Origin: Callorhinchus milii
Lineage: Eukaryota
Direction of reading: 5' to 3'
DNA length: 64,000 nucleotides
Assembly (NCBI RefSeq): GCF_018977255.1
Contig: NW_024704742.1
Coordinates: 128,466,001-128,530,000, forward strand
The position numbers and the translations under genes are program-made. The notes under the pieces are model-generated. The model was not told the DNA's origin, made no database searches, and saw nothing but the letters and a program-made list of their open reading frames with translations. Shown in pieces: positions 49,262 through 60,625 of the stretch. The number at the start of each line of letters is the position of its first letter. Within the stretch, counting starts at the first letter, position 1.

Positions 49262-49998
49262 ACAACAACAACAAAATTACATTTGTATAGCGCCTTTAAC
49301 GTTGGGAGGACATCCCAAGGCCCTGGACAGTCAGTGTTTCGGACCCGAGCTGGAAATTGGGATTGGGGAGGGTAGAGGACAGATGGGGAACAAGGATGAT
49401 TGAAGGCATGGTTGAAGAGGAGGGTCTTAAGATGGGTCTTCAAGGAGGCAAGGCAGGGGTGCGGCAGAGGGACTGTGGGATGGAGTTCCAGAGGGTGGGG
49501 ATAGAGTGGCTGAAGGCTCACCTGCCAATGGTGGTGCAGGTGAGGCGGGGGACGTGAAGCAGGCTGGAACCCACAGAGTGGAGGGAGTGGGCAGGATGGT
49601 AGGGGGTTAGGAAGTCGCAGAGGTAGGAAGGAGCAGGGCCATGGAGGGCTTTGAAGGTGAGGACCAGGATCTTGAACTGTATCCTCTGTTTGATGGGAAG
49701 CCAATGGAGGCGGGTGAGGATGGGGGTAATAGGACAGTGCTGGAGCCGGGCAATGTTGCAGAGGTGGGGGAAGGCAGAGCAGGTCATGGCACAGATGTGG
49801 GGTAGAAAGCATAGTTGAGGGTCAAACAAGATGCCAAGGTTCTGGACTAACTGAGTAATGTGGAGTGTGCATCTTTGGATGGTGATGCTGTCAGCACCTG
49901 AGGTGAGGAGGCGCGGATGGGAGCCAATCAGGAGAGCCTTGGTCTTGTTGACATTGAATTGAAGAAAGTTAGTTCTCATCCAGGACTTGATGTCTGAC
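49262..49998 (-). mobile_element. L2 LINE 3' fragment inserted in a minus-strand SINE tail
   Basis: MRTNFLQFNVNKTKALLIG...LHWLPIKQRIQFKILVLTFKALHG. Host tail at about 49205-49262 resumes at about 50000. Confidence 0.9.
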
Positions 49999-50146
49999 AG
50001 AATGTTTCAAAGCGTTTTCCAGGATTTGCTGCAAAATGTAGTGACTGTGTATTTGCAGAACATGACAGCAAATTTGCACACAACAAAGCAATTTCACACA
50101 CATAACCAAGAAGTGGATGACCATTTTTATCTGAGGGTCTCAATAA

Positions 50147-50500
50147 GTTCGGCAGCTCAGTGGTTAGAGCGCTCGCCTCGCAAGCGAAAGGACCTGGGTT
50201 CAATTCCCGGGAAGGGCGAAACGTTGGGCAAGTCTGCCTCTGTTCACCTAGCAGCAAGCAGGAACCTGTTTTTTAGTCAATTGGCAGATCGCTTTTCCGC
50301 GGATAATAATCCCTTAAAAGAAAATAATCATTTGGTCAATCAATCCACGACTGTTTGTGGACACTGCTTTGCGCAATTGGCTGCCTCATTTTGCCCACAA
50401 ATATACAGTCAATTCACTTTACGGCATATTCTTGAAGCATTTTAAGACGTCTAGAAAACGTGAAAAGCGCTATACCAAATGCAAGGATTATTATTATTAT
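50147..50500 (+). mobile_element. Family A SINE, near full length
   Basis: gcagctcagtggttagagcgctcgcctcgcaagcgaaaggacctgggttcaattccc head and (att)n tail. Confidence 0.92.
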
Positions 50501-50820
50501 ATGTATTGATATGCCATTCCCACTTGTTGGTAAGTTCAAAATGAAAGGGCATGAATATGATAGCTATTAGCAGAGCTAAGAGGGAGTTTAAGAGGAACCT
50601 CTTGATGCATAAGGTGTGAGAATGTGGAACTCATTGCTGGAAGCTATGGTTGAAGCTTCAACATAGTTAAGAGGAAACAATACATAAATAAGTGAGAATG
50701 AAATAGAGGAGTATAGCGAGGGGTATAGGGTGGCAAAGGTGTGGGGGTTAGTGTGGAGTATAAACACTGGCATGGATTAGTTGGGCTGAATGGCTTGTTT
50801 TCTGTGCAGTATCATTGTAT
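50500..50820 (+). mobile_element. Old CR1 3' end
   Basis: gtgagaatgtggaactcattg...ttgggctgaatggcttgttttctgtgc. Confidence 0.65.
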
Positions 50821-51630
50821 CATTGCATGTGTAGAATGAAGGCATAGGAGTTATGAACTAATGTAATGCTGGTGCCATTTGATCCCATTCCTGGCCCATC
50901 CATACATACAATCTCTTGGGCCACAGAGAAGGATGGAATGTAAATAGTCCACGCTTGGATTGTAGCTCAATAACAGCTTTGCCTTAAACAGTAAAGTTGC
51001 TGAGGGAGAGATAATATCATAGCACAGATTCCCCCCAAGCCAGGCAGAAACAGAATCACATGGTACTTTCACGATAACACAGGTCTAACCTCACTAAATT
51101 TCAGAATTTTTCAAATTCTGCACAATCTAACATTTTAGAGCAATGGTCTTAACGCTGAGACTATGGCAAACTTCAGACCTCTAGCAGCCAAATAGCTGAG
51201 CTACCTCAGAAGCCAGTGTTAAAATATTTGTCATGTATCATAGCAGAGATGGTTTCTGCTGCTGTCACAAAGAAAATTGAATTCTGTCATATGAATAAAA
51301 TCACTACAGGTTACCATTAGTCAGTAGTTGTATGTAGTAGTATATAATACGTTATTGACCACACAATTTCCCAGTAATCAGTCAATAAATTTGCAGTGAT
51401 CATGTAACAATTATTAATCGTTCAGTGTAAAACATACATCAATGGCATGGACCTGGTGAAGTCCACAAGGACAGCCCACTTATTCAGAAAATGGAGCCAA
51501 AACTGTCTACAGGAGCTTTACAATACATGTTAGAGAGAAAGCATGCTCTGGAGTAATTCCACCTTTGATGGTGATTTTTGAAAATTTTTGAAAATTTTGA
51601 AAATTTCACTTTAACGCTTTGCAACATAAC

Positions 51631-52405
51631 GTCAACTTGGCTCAGTCAGTAACATTCAAAAAAGCTTGTGGATTCAAGCGAAGAGTCAGGGACTTTGAAT
51701 TACTAATATAGGCTGACACTCCAGTGCAATGTTGGAGGAGTGCTACCCTGCCAGAGATGCAATGCTTTGGATGAGATGTTAAACCCAGGCCATGTTCAGA
51801 TGGATGCTATTTGAAAAGAGAAGGAAGATTATATTCCAGCAAGGTAGTCATCCCACTCAGCTCTTCTTAACCCTGCAAGCCAAAGCTCTAATGGGTAGAG
51901 TGGTCCAAGCTGACAAGCAGGGGGGAAGCTTGCTGGATAGCAATATCAATGGCAAGCTATGCAATTTTAGACTTCAGCAGTATCCCCAGCGCACACTCTG
52001 GGGTCCCCAAACTTCGGTTTTTGCCAACGTGTGCCTTATACTTTCCGGAAATAGGTAAGCAGGATGCATCCCTCTGGGGAGAGAGTGCCCATTCCATTCC
52101 AACAATCTATCTCTGGTATTTCTATGTGTAGGTGGGATCATGGAACTCTCAGCTTGGTTTAGATACTCTTAAGCATGGTGATGTGTCAGGCTAAACCCCC
52201 CCCCACCACCCACAAAAAAATTAACCTGGTGTCCTGGCCAACAATCCTCCAGATATATTCAACATTCACCCCCTGGCTGTATGTGGGGCATTGCTGTGCA
52301 AAATTAGCTAGCCCATTTGTTTGCAAATACACAGTCACTACTCTGAACAGTATTTTGAGACACTTAAATTTTATAAGGGCTGTATCACATGCAAGGATTA
52401 TTAAA
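51631..52405 (+). mobile_element. Family B SINE interrupted by a family C retroposon (about 51835-52222)
   Basis: SINE breaks after gagaaggaagatt and resumes at cctggtgtcctggccaacaatcctcc (52226). Confidence 0.78.
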
Positions 52406-52509
52406 ATCATTGAATTTACCAATTATGGTAAACTTGCAAATGTTGTCGCAATTTTCAGGGTTTCATTTGACACCAGTTACATTATGTGACGCACAAAACT
52501 GCATTTTGA

Positions 52510-52692
52510 TAATAAATTGGTCATTTTCAATCCATGACTGTTTGTGGGACACTACTGTGCGCAATTGGCTGCCGCGTTTGCCCACAAATATACAGTCCAT
52601 TCACTTTACAGTATATTCTGTGAAGCGATTTGGGACGTCTAGAAGACGTGAAAAGCGCTATATCAAATGCAAGGATTATTATTATTATTATT
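52510..52692 (+). mobile_element. Family A SINE 3' half, low divergence
   Basis: ttggtcattttcaatccatgactg...gtctagaagacgtgaaaagcgctatatcaaatgcaagg(att)n. Confidence 0.9.
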
Positions 52693-53289
52693 ATCTGCCA
52701 GGAGGCAATCCATTGCCAGATTTCGGGGAACACATATAGATTGTTTAGTCAATAAGATTTCTCCATGTATCTATTATTTTCTATGTAGATGTGTAATGTG
52801 CTTTGTGATGTCCGCCCAACATGAAAGGCCCTATATAAATGTAAATTGTGTTGTATTTCTTACAAATATCCATTATACTCAACAAAATGCATGCGTGAAT
52901 ATTTTATAATAATCCTTGCATTTTTATATGATAATATTCCTTGCATTTGATATAGTGCCTTATCATGTTGTCAAATCGTCTCAAAATGTTTCACAGGATT
53001 TATTGTAATGTTTAATGGACTTGTATTTGTAGGCAAACTCTAAACAGAGTAGATGTCATATTTAAAATAAACTCTTATAATGTAAAACATATTTGTAGCT
53101 TCTTGCACACAAATACAGATCCAAGAGAAAATGTTAACAACCATAATAGAAGTACTTTATATTGAAGGGCTCCACTTTGGCTTAATGGATATAGGAAAAT
53201 TTACTTTACAGTATATTCTGTGAACATAAGAACATAAAAAATGCTCGTCAAAAAAAGACTAAGGTCCACCTCGTTCGCTTCCACCTTCC

Positions 53290-53490
53290 TGGTTCTCTCG
53301 CTTGCCTCCTTCAAGGCACCCCTCATTACCCTCATCTTCGACCATGTCTTCAGCTACCCTCTCTACCTTCCACCCTCCCTGATCCTAACCCACCCCATCC
53401 CCCCTCTCAGGTCCTAATCCCTGACTGTTCAGCGCCTTGGGACAACCTCCTGACGTGAAAGGTGCTTTACAAATGTAATTTTGTATTGTA
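53290..53490 (+). mobile_element. L2 LINE 3' end, tail-to-tail with the next L2
   Basis: agcgccttgggacaacctcctgacgtgaaaggtgctttacaaatgtaattttg. Confidence 0.85.
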
Positions 53491-53516
53491 TGTACTGTCC
53501 AGCAATCATGGGGAGA

Positions 53517-54330
53517 ACAACAACAACAACAACAACAAGATTCCATTTATAAAGCGCCTTTCACGTCAGGAGGACGTCCCAAGGCGCTGCACAGTTGGGT
53601 CATGACCCGAGCAGGGGGGAAATGGTCAGGGTGAGGGGAGGGAAGGAAGGGAGCGAGGAGGGGGAAGAGAGTCGAGAGGGGAGCTGAAGGCTCGGTCAAA
53701 GAGAAAGGTTTTGAGACCGGCCTTGAAGGAGGAAAGGGAGGAGGCGGCAAAGGCACTGGGGATAGAGTTCCAGAGCCTCGGGGCTGAGAGGCTGAAGGCC
53801 CGACCACCGATGGTAGGGCGATTGGGGCGGGGGACGTGGAGCAGACCGGAGCCGGAGGAACGGAGGGTACGGGCAGGTAGGTAGGGGGATAGTAGGTTGG
53901 AGAGGTAGGAGGGAGCAAGGCCGTGAATGGCCTTGTAGGTGAGGATGAGGATCTTGAAATCAATCCTCTGGGGGATGGGGAGCCAGTGGAGGCGAGCGAG
54001 GGTGGGAGTGATGTGGTCCCGAAGCCTGGTGCGGGACAGTACACGAGCTGCAGAGTTCTGAATGACCTGCAGCTTGTGGAGGGAGGTGGCGGGAAGGCCG
54101 ACGAGGAGAGAGTTCCCATAGTCCAGCCTTGAGGTGACAAAGGCGTGAACCAGGGTTTCAGCAGCGTGAGGGGTGAGGTAATGCCGTAGTCTGGCGATGT
54201 TCCGGAGGTGATGGAAGGCGGTGCCAGATGTGGTGCGGATGTGAGGGAGAAAGGACAGCTCAGGGTCGAACAAAACGCCGAGGTTCCTGACCGGCTTTGA
54301 GAGGTGGAGAGTGCAGCCTTGGATGCTGAT
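53517..54330 (-). mobile_element. Young L2 LINE, 5'-truncated, ORF2 C-terminus uninterrupted
   Basis: 215-aa ORF FDPELSFLPHI...LVHAFVTSRLDYGNSLLVGLP...LQVIQNSAARVL...LHWLPIPQRIDFKIL...LKTFLF. CpGs retained, clean (caa)n tail. Confidence 0.95.
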
Positions 54331-54360
54331 ACATGATGTGTGAGTATGTGGGGCAAGTAT

Positions 54361-54740
54361 GTGGAATCCTGTAGCTTAGTGGTTAGAGCACTCGCCTCGC
54401 ATGCGAGAGGACCTGGATATGATTCCCGGGCAGGGTGAAACGTTGGGCAAGTTTCCTTACTCTACATGTCTCTGTTTACCTAGCAGTAAGTAGGAACCCG
54501 GTTGTTAGTCGATTGGCGATTTGTTTTTCCTTGGATAATAATACCATCAAAAAAAAATAATAATTTGGTCCTCATCCCACGATTGTTTGTAAGACACTGT
54601 TGTGCGCAACTGGCTGATGCGTTTTGCCGACAAAATGCACAGTCAATTCACTTTACAGTATATTCTGTGAAGTGCTTTGAGACGTCTCGAAGAAATGATA
54701 AGGCACTATATCAAATGCAAGGAATATTACTATTATTATT
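54361..54740 (+). mobile_element. Family A SINE, full length
   Basis: gtggaatcctgtagcttagtggttagagcactcgcctcgcatgcgagagg head through tail. Confidence 0.92.
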
Positions 54741-54802
54741 AAGGACATTCAGATTTGGCTGTAATGGTCTCTATGATCAAATAGCTGACCAACATCCACT
54801 CC

Positions 54803-54804
<2 letters not shown>

Positions 54805-54865
<61 letters not shown>
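54805..54865. repeat. Uninterrupted T61 homopolymer
   Basis: Read directly from the sequence. Confidence 0.95.
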
Positions 54866-56431
54866 CTGGGCCCAGGAAGAAGAATGGCTACTTACAATAG
54901 CAGAGGGTGACAAGTGCTTGTGGAACCAGACTTTTGTGTGAGTCAGTGTCATTAGGAGAAAGGGGAGAAAATTGGGAATGCAGATAGTGATATTGAAAGC
55001 AAATGATTGATTATCTGAGTCAGCGGAACAATCAATATGGTAGATTGTTTCACCAGTGGACAGAATTTGGTGCCAAGTTCTTCAACAGACTGAGGAAAGG
55101 AAATAATCAATTATTCATCAGCTGCCCGTACTTTATGCCAAGCAAAGACTGGACAGTGAACTGTTGTCCTATCTTGCCACTCTTAGGCGCAAATTATGAG
55201 CAGTTTGTGAATTATTAATGAGCCCTCCTGTAAGCCAGAGAGATGGCACGGAAAGAGAATCCAAATGTATGAGCCAAGAACAACAGACTGTGTTTAATTC
55301 TGAGCTCTCTTGCCAACAGTGTCTGTGGAAATAGTTGGGGGAATTGGAGGTCTGCACATATTGTAATTCTCTCCTCCCTCAAGCTGCAGGACCCGATAAT
55401 TAACAAACTGGATTACTTCAATGCAGGCATTTTGTAGTTTGTGTAAAATCAAATTCATTCCTTAATTTACCTTCTCATTTTATTACAGCTTTTTTCACCT
55501 GTTATCAAATTGCTAGTGAGATCGTCCCAATGCTATTCAAATGAACAAGACAAATTTGAGAGGATTGGGAATTGTATCCTGGAATTAGCCCTTGATCTTC
55601 TGCATGTCAGATTCAGTGTCATACTCAGAAGAATTTGTAGATGATGTGCCAATCAGGGCAGAATTAAAGCATTTACACTTTGCTCAGCCAGGACTCCCGT
55701 TAAACCTGCAGTTTTGTGGCAAAGTTTTATTATGGCTGTTCTTTGAACAGCAAAGAAAAGTAGTCAATTGGTGATTTGTTGTACTACAGTCTGCTCCGTT
55801 TCTAATTCAAAAATTCAATCCATTCAAAAATAAGCTGAAAATCTTTGACGAGCATGGTAAACTTTCTATGTATTGTGAGATCCGGTGGAATTCAGAAATA
55901 GATTTATGATATTTAGTGAACTAACCATTAAAAAAAAGCTAATTGAGAGATACAGTATGTTTTTAAAAAAATAATAGGGCCAATTTTCTAATTTTTTCCC
56001 CAACTGCCATGTAATAATAATAATTCTTGCATTTGATATAGCGCCTTATAACATCGTTGAGACATCTCAAAACACCTCACAGAATACATTCTAAAATGTC
56101 TGGGTATTTTGTGCTCTTGGTCTGGCTTCATCTTACTGGGGTGTGGTTCGCTCTGGGACCCCACCCAATTAATCTTTGCAATGAAGGTCTACAGCCCATT
56201 TGACTGTTTAGGCCACCACAACGGGTTTGAAGCCTCCCCACCCGACTGATACACATCCCTACAACCAGTAGAGGGTGCTGTAGAAGAACCAGGAGCAGAA
56301 ACCTAAGCTGTTTTTTCCCTTCCTGACAATGGGAAGTCTGGGCTTTGAAATTTTCTAATCTCACCATACAGCCCCAGCAAACTCAGCATGGACCAGATTA
56401 AAGTGAGCTCCCAGACTGTAATCTCCCACTC

Positions 56432-57000
56432 TGTCATCTTGGCTCAATTAGTAGCACACTTGCCTCTGAGGTTATGTGTTGAAGCATCACATCGGGACTT
56501 CAAGCTCATAGTCTAAACTGACAATCTAATGTAGTTCTAGAAGAGCGCTGCATTATCAACGGTGTTGTCCTTTGGATGAGATGCTAAATCAAGGTCCCGA
56601 CTCTCTGTTCCGGTGCTTATGAAAGACCCCATGGTACTATTTGAAAAGAGAAAGGAGTTTCTCCTGGTTTCCTGGCTAACAATTAGCTAAATAAAATTGG
56701 ACATGCATTTCATGGCTGTTTGTGGGACAATTGCTGGGCTCAAATTGGCTGCTGCATTCACCTATAAAATGCACAGTCACAATGATAATAATTTATAATA
56801 ATAATCATTGCATTTGATATGTCTTGTCATGTTTTGAGATGTCTCAAAACGCTTCACAGAGTATATAGTGAAGTGGATTGACTATGTTTTTTGTGAGCGA
56901 AATGCAGAAACACTGCACTATATAGTAGGATCTGTGAAGCACTTGAGATATTTTAATGATGGGATAAGGCACTCCATCAAATGCAATGATTATTATTATT
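56432..57000 (+). mobile_element. Family B SINE, full length, with an inverted family A tail inserted at about 56795-56910
   Basis: Head gtcatcttggctcaattagtagcacacttgcctctgagg, Deu core, tail resumes about 56911. Confidence 0.85.
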
Positions 57001-57777
57001 GTAATTTAGTTGAAAATTATCATTAAGCAGTTGATAAATGTTCCTGAGTATCATTTCCCTCATGAATCCCATCCCATCCCCACCAGCTGAGGATAGCTTT
57101 GAAATCAACTCAATGGGCCAAAAGGATTCTTCTAACTCCGAAAATTTGCAGTAGATGATTAACACCATAAATGTAAATGCCACTGATAGTGTCATGTTTA
57201 GAATACCAATTTTGGATGTTTTGGGTTAAAATAACATTGGCACGACAGAGCTGATTCAGACAAGAGAAACCAAGGATGATTCTGGGACTTAAGGCTATAT
57301 GTTATGAGGAGAGGTTTACAGAGTTGCACTTGTCACTGGAGAGAAGACAATTGAAGGAAAACATGATTCCGGCTGTTAAAACCCTGAGGGGCTCGAATGA
57401 TATAAATGTAAGGAAAGGAATTTTTTACTTGGACTTTGATTACTAAGGAAACTGTTAGAAAATAATCAGACTTGGTCAGAACCCCAATATAATATTTAAA
57501 GGCTGGAATGAACAAGGAGCGTTCTGACCAAAAGAGGCTCAAGTTAGAGATTTTATTTGTAGTCTCTTGAGTATAAAGAAAAGACGCATAGTAAAAGCAG
57601 TGGATGCAAAGGTTGGATGGACTTAGTCGATAGCTCTGCTGATAAATTGTCTGTTCCTTGTGGAACTGAGCTGTCAAGTCTCCCTGTATCCCAAACCTTG
57701 TCTGAGTTAGGTAACCTCGATAAGGCAATATAAGTTCCAAAATCAGCCTCAGTGTGTCTGGGCTATGGAAGGTAAAA

Positions 57778-57970
57778 CACAACAACAACAATAACAAGAT
57801 TATATTTGTATAGCGCCTTTCATGTCGGGAGGACATCCCAAGGCGCTGGACAGAGTACAGCATTTCAGACCTGAGCTGGGGTTGGGGGGGTAAGGGAGGG
57901 GAGGGGAAGGGGGGTGGCCGATGGCATGGTTGAAGAGGAGGGTCTTGAGACGGGACTTGAAGGAGGGAGG
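57778..57970 (-). mobile_element. L2 LINE 3' end
   Basis: (caa)n gattatatttgtatagcgcctttcatgtcgggaggacatcccaaggcgctgg. Confidence 0.9.
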
Positions 57971-58515
57971 CTACAACCACATTTCTCACTCTTTATCCCT
58001 ATTCATTGACTCCTGCTGCAATGTGGACATTGAGGAAGAACCTTGTGGTTCTTTATTAAATCACCTCGTTACTTGAGATGTTTAGAATTTTTGGTGGTCA
58101 TTCGAGTATATGAAAAATGCGGAAATCTATCACCATGGTTAAGAGTATATAAACCCATCCAATGTAGCAAAAATCCTCATCATTTATTACCAGAAGTCCA
58201 GCCTCAATTTTTCCAATGTTTTGCTTGCCATGCTTCACCACCAGCACCCCATATCCTCTGTCAATCCATAGGCCCATCACCCTCATCATCGACCAGTTCC
58301 ACTCGTTCTCTGTTGCTCAGCAGGTCAACACTAAGGTCCTGGCCCTTACCTTTAAATACCTTGCCCCACCCTAACTCAGTGATCTCCTGGAAACCTACTC
58401 CCCCAGCCATTCCATACCCTTCCAGTCTCACTCCCAGCTCAGGCTCCCCTCAGTTTTTGTGAAGTACTTTGAGACATTCTCCCTACATGAAAGGTGGTTT
58501 TACATGCATGTGGTT

Positions 58516-58872
58516 AATAATAATAATAATCCTTACACTTGGTATAGCGCCTTATCACATCTTCAAGACGTCTCAAAGCGCTTCACAGAACATATTTTAA
58601 AGTGAATTGGTTGTATATTTACCATTTGCGCGCAGCAGTGTCCCACAACCAGTCATGAATTGAGATGACCAATTCATGATTATTTTTTAAAAAATAATTA
58701 TTACTCTCAGAAAAGTGTTCCGCCAATCGACTAACAGCCGGGTTCCTACTGTATTTATGGAGGTAAACAGAGGCGTGTGGAGTAAGGAAACTTGCCCAAC
58801 ATTTCGCCCTGCCCGGGAATCGAACCCAGTTCTCTCGCTTGCGAGGCAAGTGCTCTTACCACTGAGCTACAG
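58516..58872 (-). mobile_element. Family A SINE, full length
   Basis: Ends gggaatcgaacccagttctctcgcttgcgaggcaagtgctcttaccactgagctacag. Confidence 0.92.
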
Positions 58873-60179
58873 TGTTATTTAATTGTTTATTTAACTACTG
58901 TGTAAATAAATGCTTCTTGTTGTCTGTCCTGAAATTACCCTTCACAATTGTGAACTTGCCAACTTACTTTACTGTATCTAAAGGTTTGATGGTTATGGTA
59001 CTCCTGGGATGAATAGCTGGCATACACTCTAAGAAAGGAAAGCTCCTGTAATAATAATAATAATAATCCTTGCATTTGATATAGCGCGTTATCATGCCTT
59101 TGAGACATCTCATAGTGCTTCACAGAATATCCTGTAAAGTGAATTCACTGTATATTTTGTGATTACTGTTGTGCAACACGAGTCAGTATCTTCAAGGGTA
59201 TAAAGGAAAGAAATGGTCAGGGCGGAGGGAAATTAAAAAATCAGTACTGCATTCCATCTCATTATGAGTGAAATTGAACTTTACAACAACAACAAAAACT
59301 CGCATTTATATTGTGCCCCTCACTCAGAGCAGCATCTCAGAGTGCTTCACATGAATTAGCACTTTACATGAATAAGTGTAGAGTGAGATGATTAAATATT
59401 CTACAGAGCATAGCAGTTCTGCTTCCAGGGCCAGCGATGGATTTTGTCTGTGTATCACAGGCTGCCAAGGTTGAATAATGGAGATGTGCAATGGATAGGT
59501 AGATAGACCAGAGTTTTCACAATTATCTTTTGGGGATCAGAAAGTATTTATGGAGGATATTTCCTCAGGAGATTATGTAGGTCAGGTGGGTCAGTGATAA
59601 GGTGCTTTATATGTGGTCTGTGGAAAGAATGGACTAATTGCATTCAATTTCTCTTTCTTGTTCTGTGATGTCTTATGGAATCTGAGACATTGCAAACAAT
59701 ATGCAATAGTTTATGTTATATTTTCAATACACTTTCACTGAAGTTCTTTGTTAATTCAGTCTTCTGTGCTTTCTTCTGAGAAAACCGCAAAATAAATAAC
59801 TTTTAAGTTGGGTGATATATTTATTTAGAGGAAACCCGATAGATGTTTCTAAAAATGTTGAGAGGTTTTGGTGAATAGGGAGAAATAGTTTACATTGGTA
59901 GTTAAGTCAGTAACTAGATGGCATAAGTTAAGGTTCAGAAATTAGAGAAAATGCAAAGAAAGGGGTTAGGAGATTTTTTTCATACAGAAGGCTAGATGAC
60001 TACAACCCTCTTCCATCCTTCCATCCTCCCCTCTCCCTTACTTGGCATCTAACTCAATCCTTTAAAAGCACTCCAAGACCTTACTGTAAGCAAATGATGC
60101 CATATTAAAGCAAGTTGTTAATATGTGGAATGTCCTACCTATATTGATGACTGGCGCAGAATCCATGCCGGCTTTTAAT

Positions 60180-60625
60180 AATAATGATACCGACAGTTAA
60201 TACAGTGTGTTTCACCTCAGGAGGATATCTCCGACTGCTTCACAAGATATAGTGCAAAGCATAGTGACTATGCACTTTATTTTAGACAATTTGCAATGTA
60301 AAGCATTTGCAATATTCCACAAACAGCTATGAAGTGAGTGCCACTTTTATTTGGGTGACTGTTGACTAGGACACCAAGAGAAACTCCCTTTACTTTTTCA
60401 ATAGTACCATGGGATCTTTAATGTCCACCTGAAAAAGTCAGACGGGACCTTTGTTTTATGTATTATCTGGAGAACATCACTTCCAAAAATTAAGTACAGC
60501 CCTAGCAATGCATTGGATTGTCAGGCTAGATAATAACTGTTCAAGGACCCTGATGTAGAACTTGAACCCACAATCTTTTGACTCAGAAGTAAGAATGTCA
60601 ATGACTGGCTGAGCCAGGCTGACAC
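60180..60625 (-). mobile_element. Family B Deu-domain SINE, full length
   Basis: ccatgggatctttaatgtccacctgaaaaagtcagacgggacc...ctgagccaggctgacac. Confidence 0.85.

Noticed and set aside
53547..54356. 269-aa Pro/Ser-rich ORF
   Set aside because: Alternative frame of the C-rich L2 strand; the 215-aa frame carries the L2 motifs.
54502..54952. Poly-Phe and poly-Lys ORFs
   Set aside because: Produced by the T61 homopolymer.
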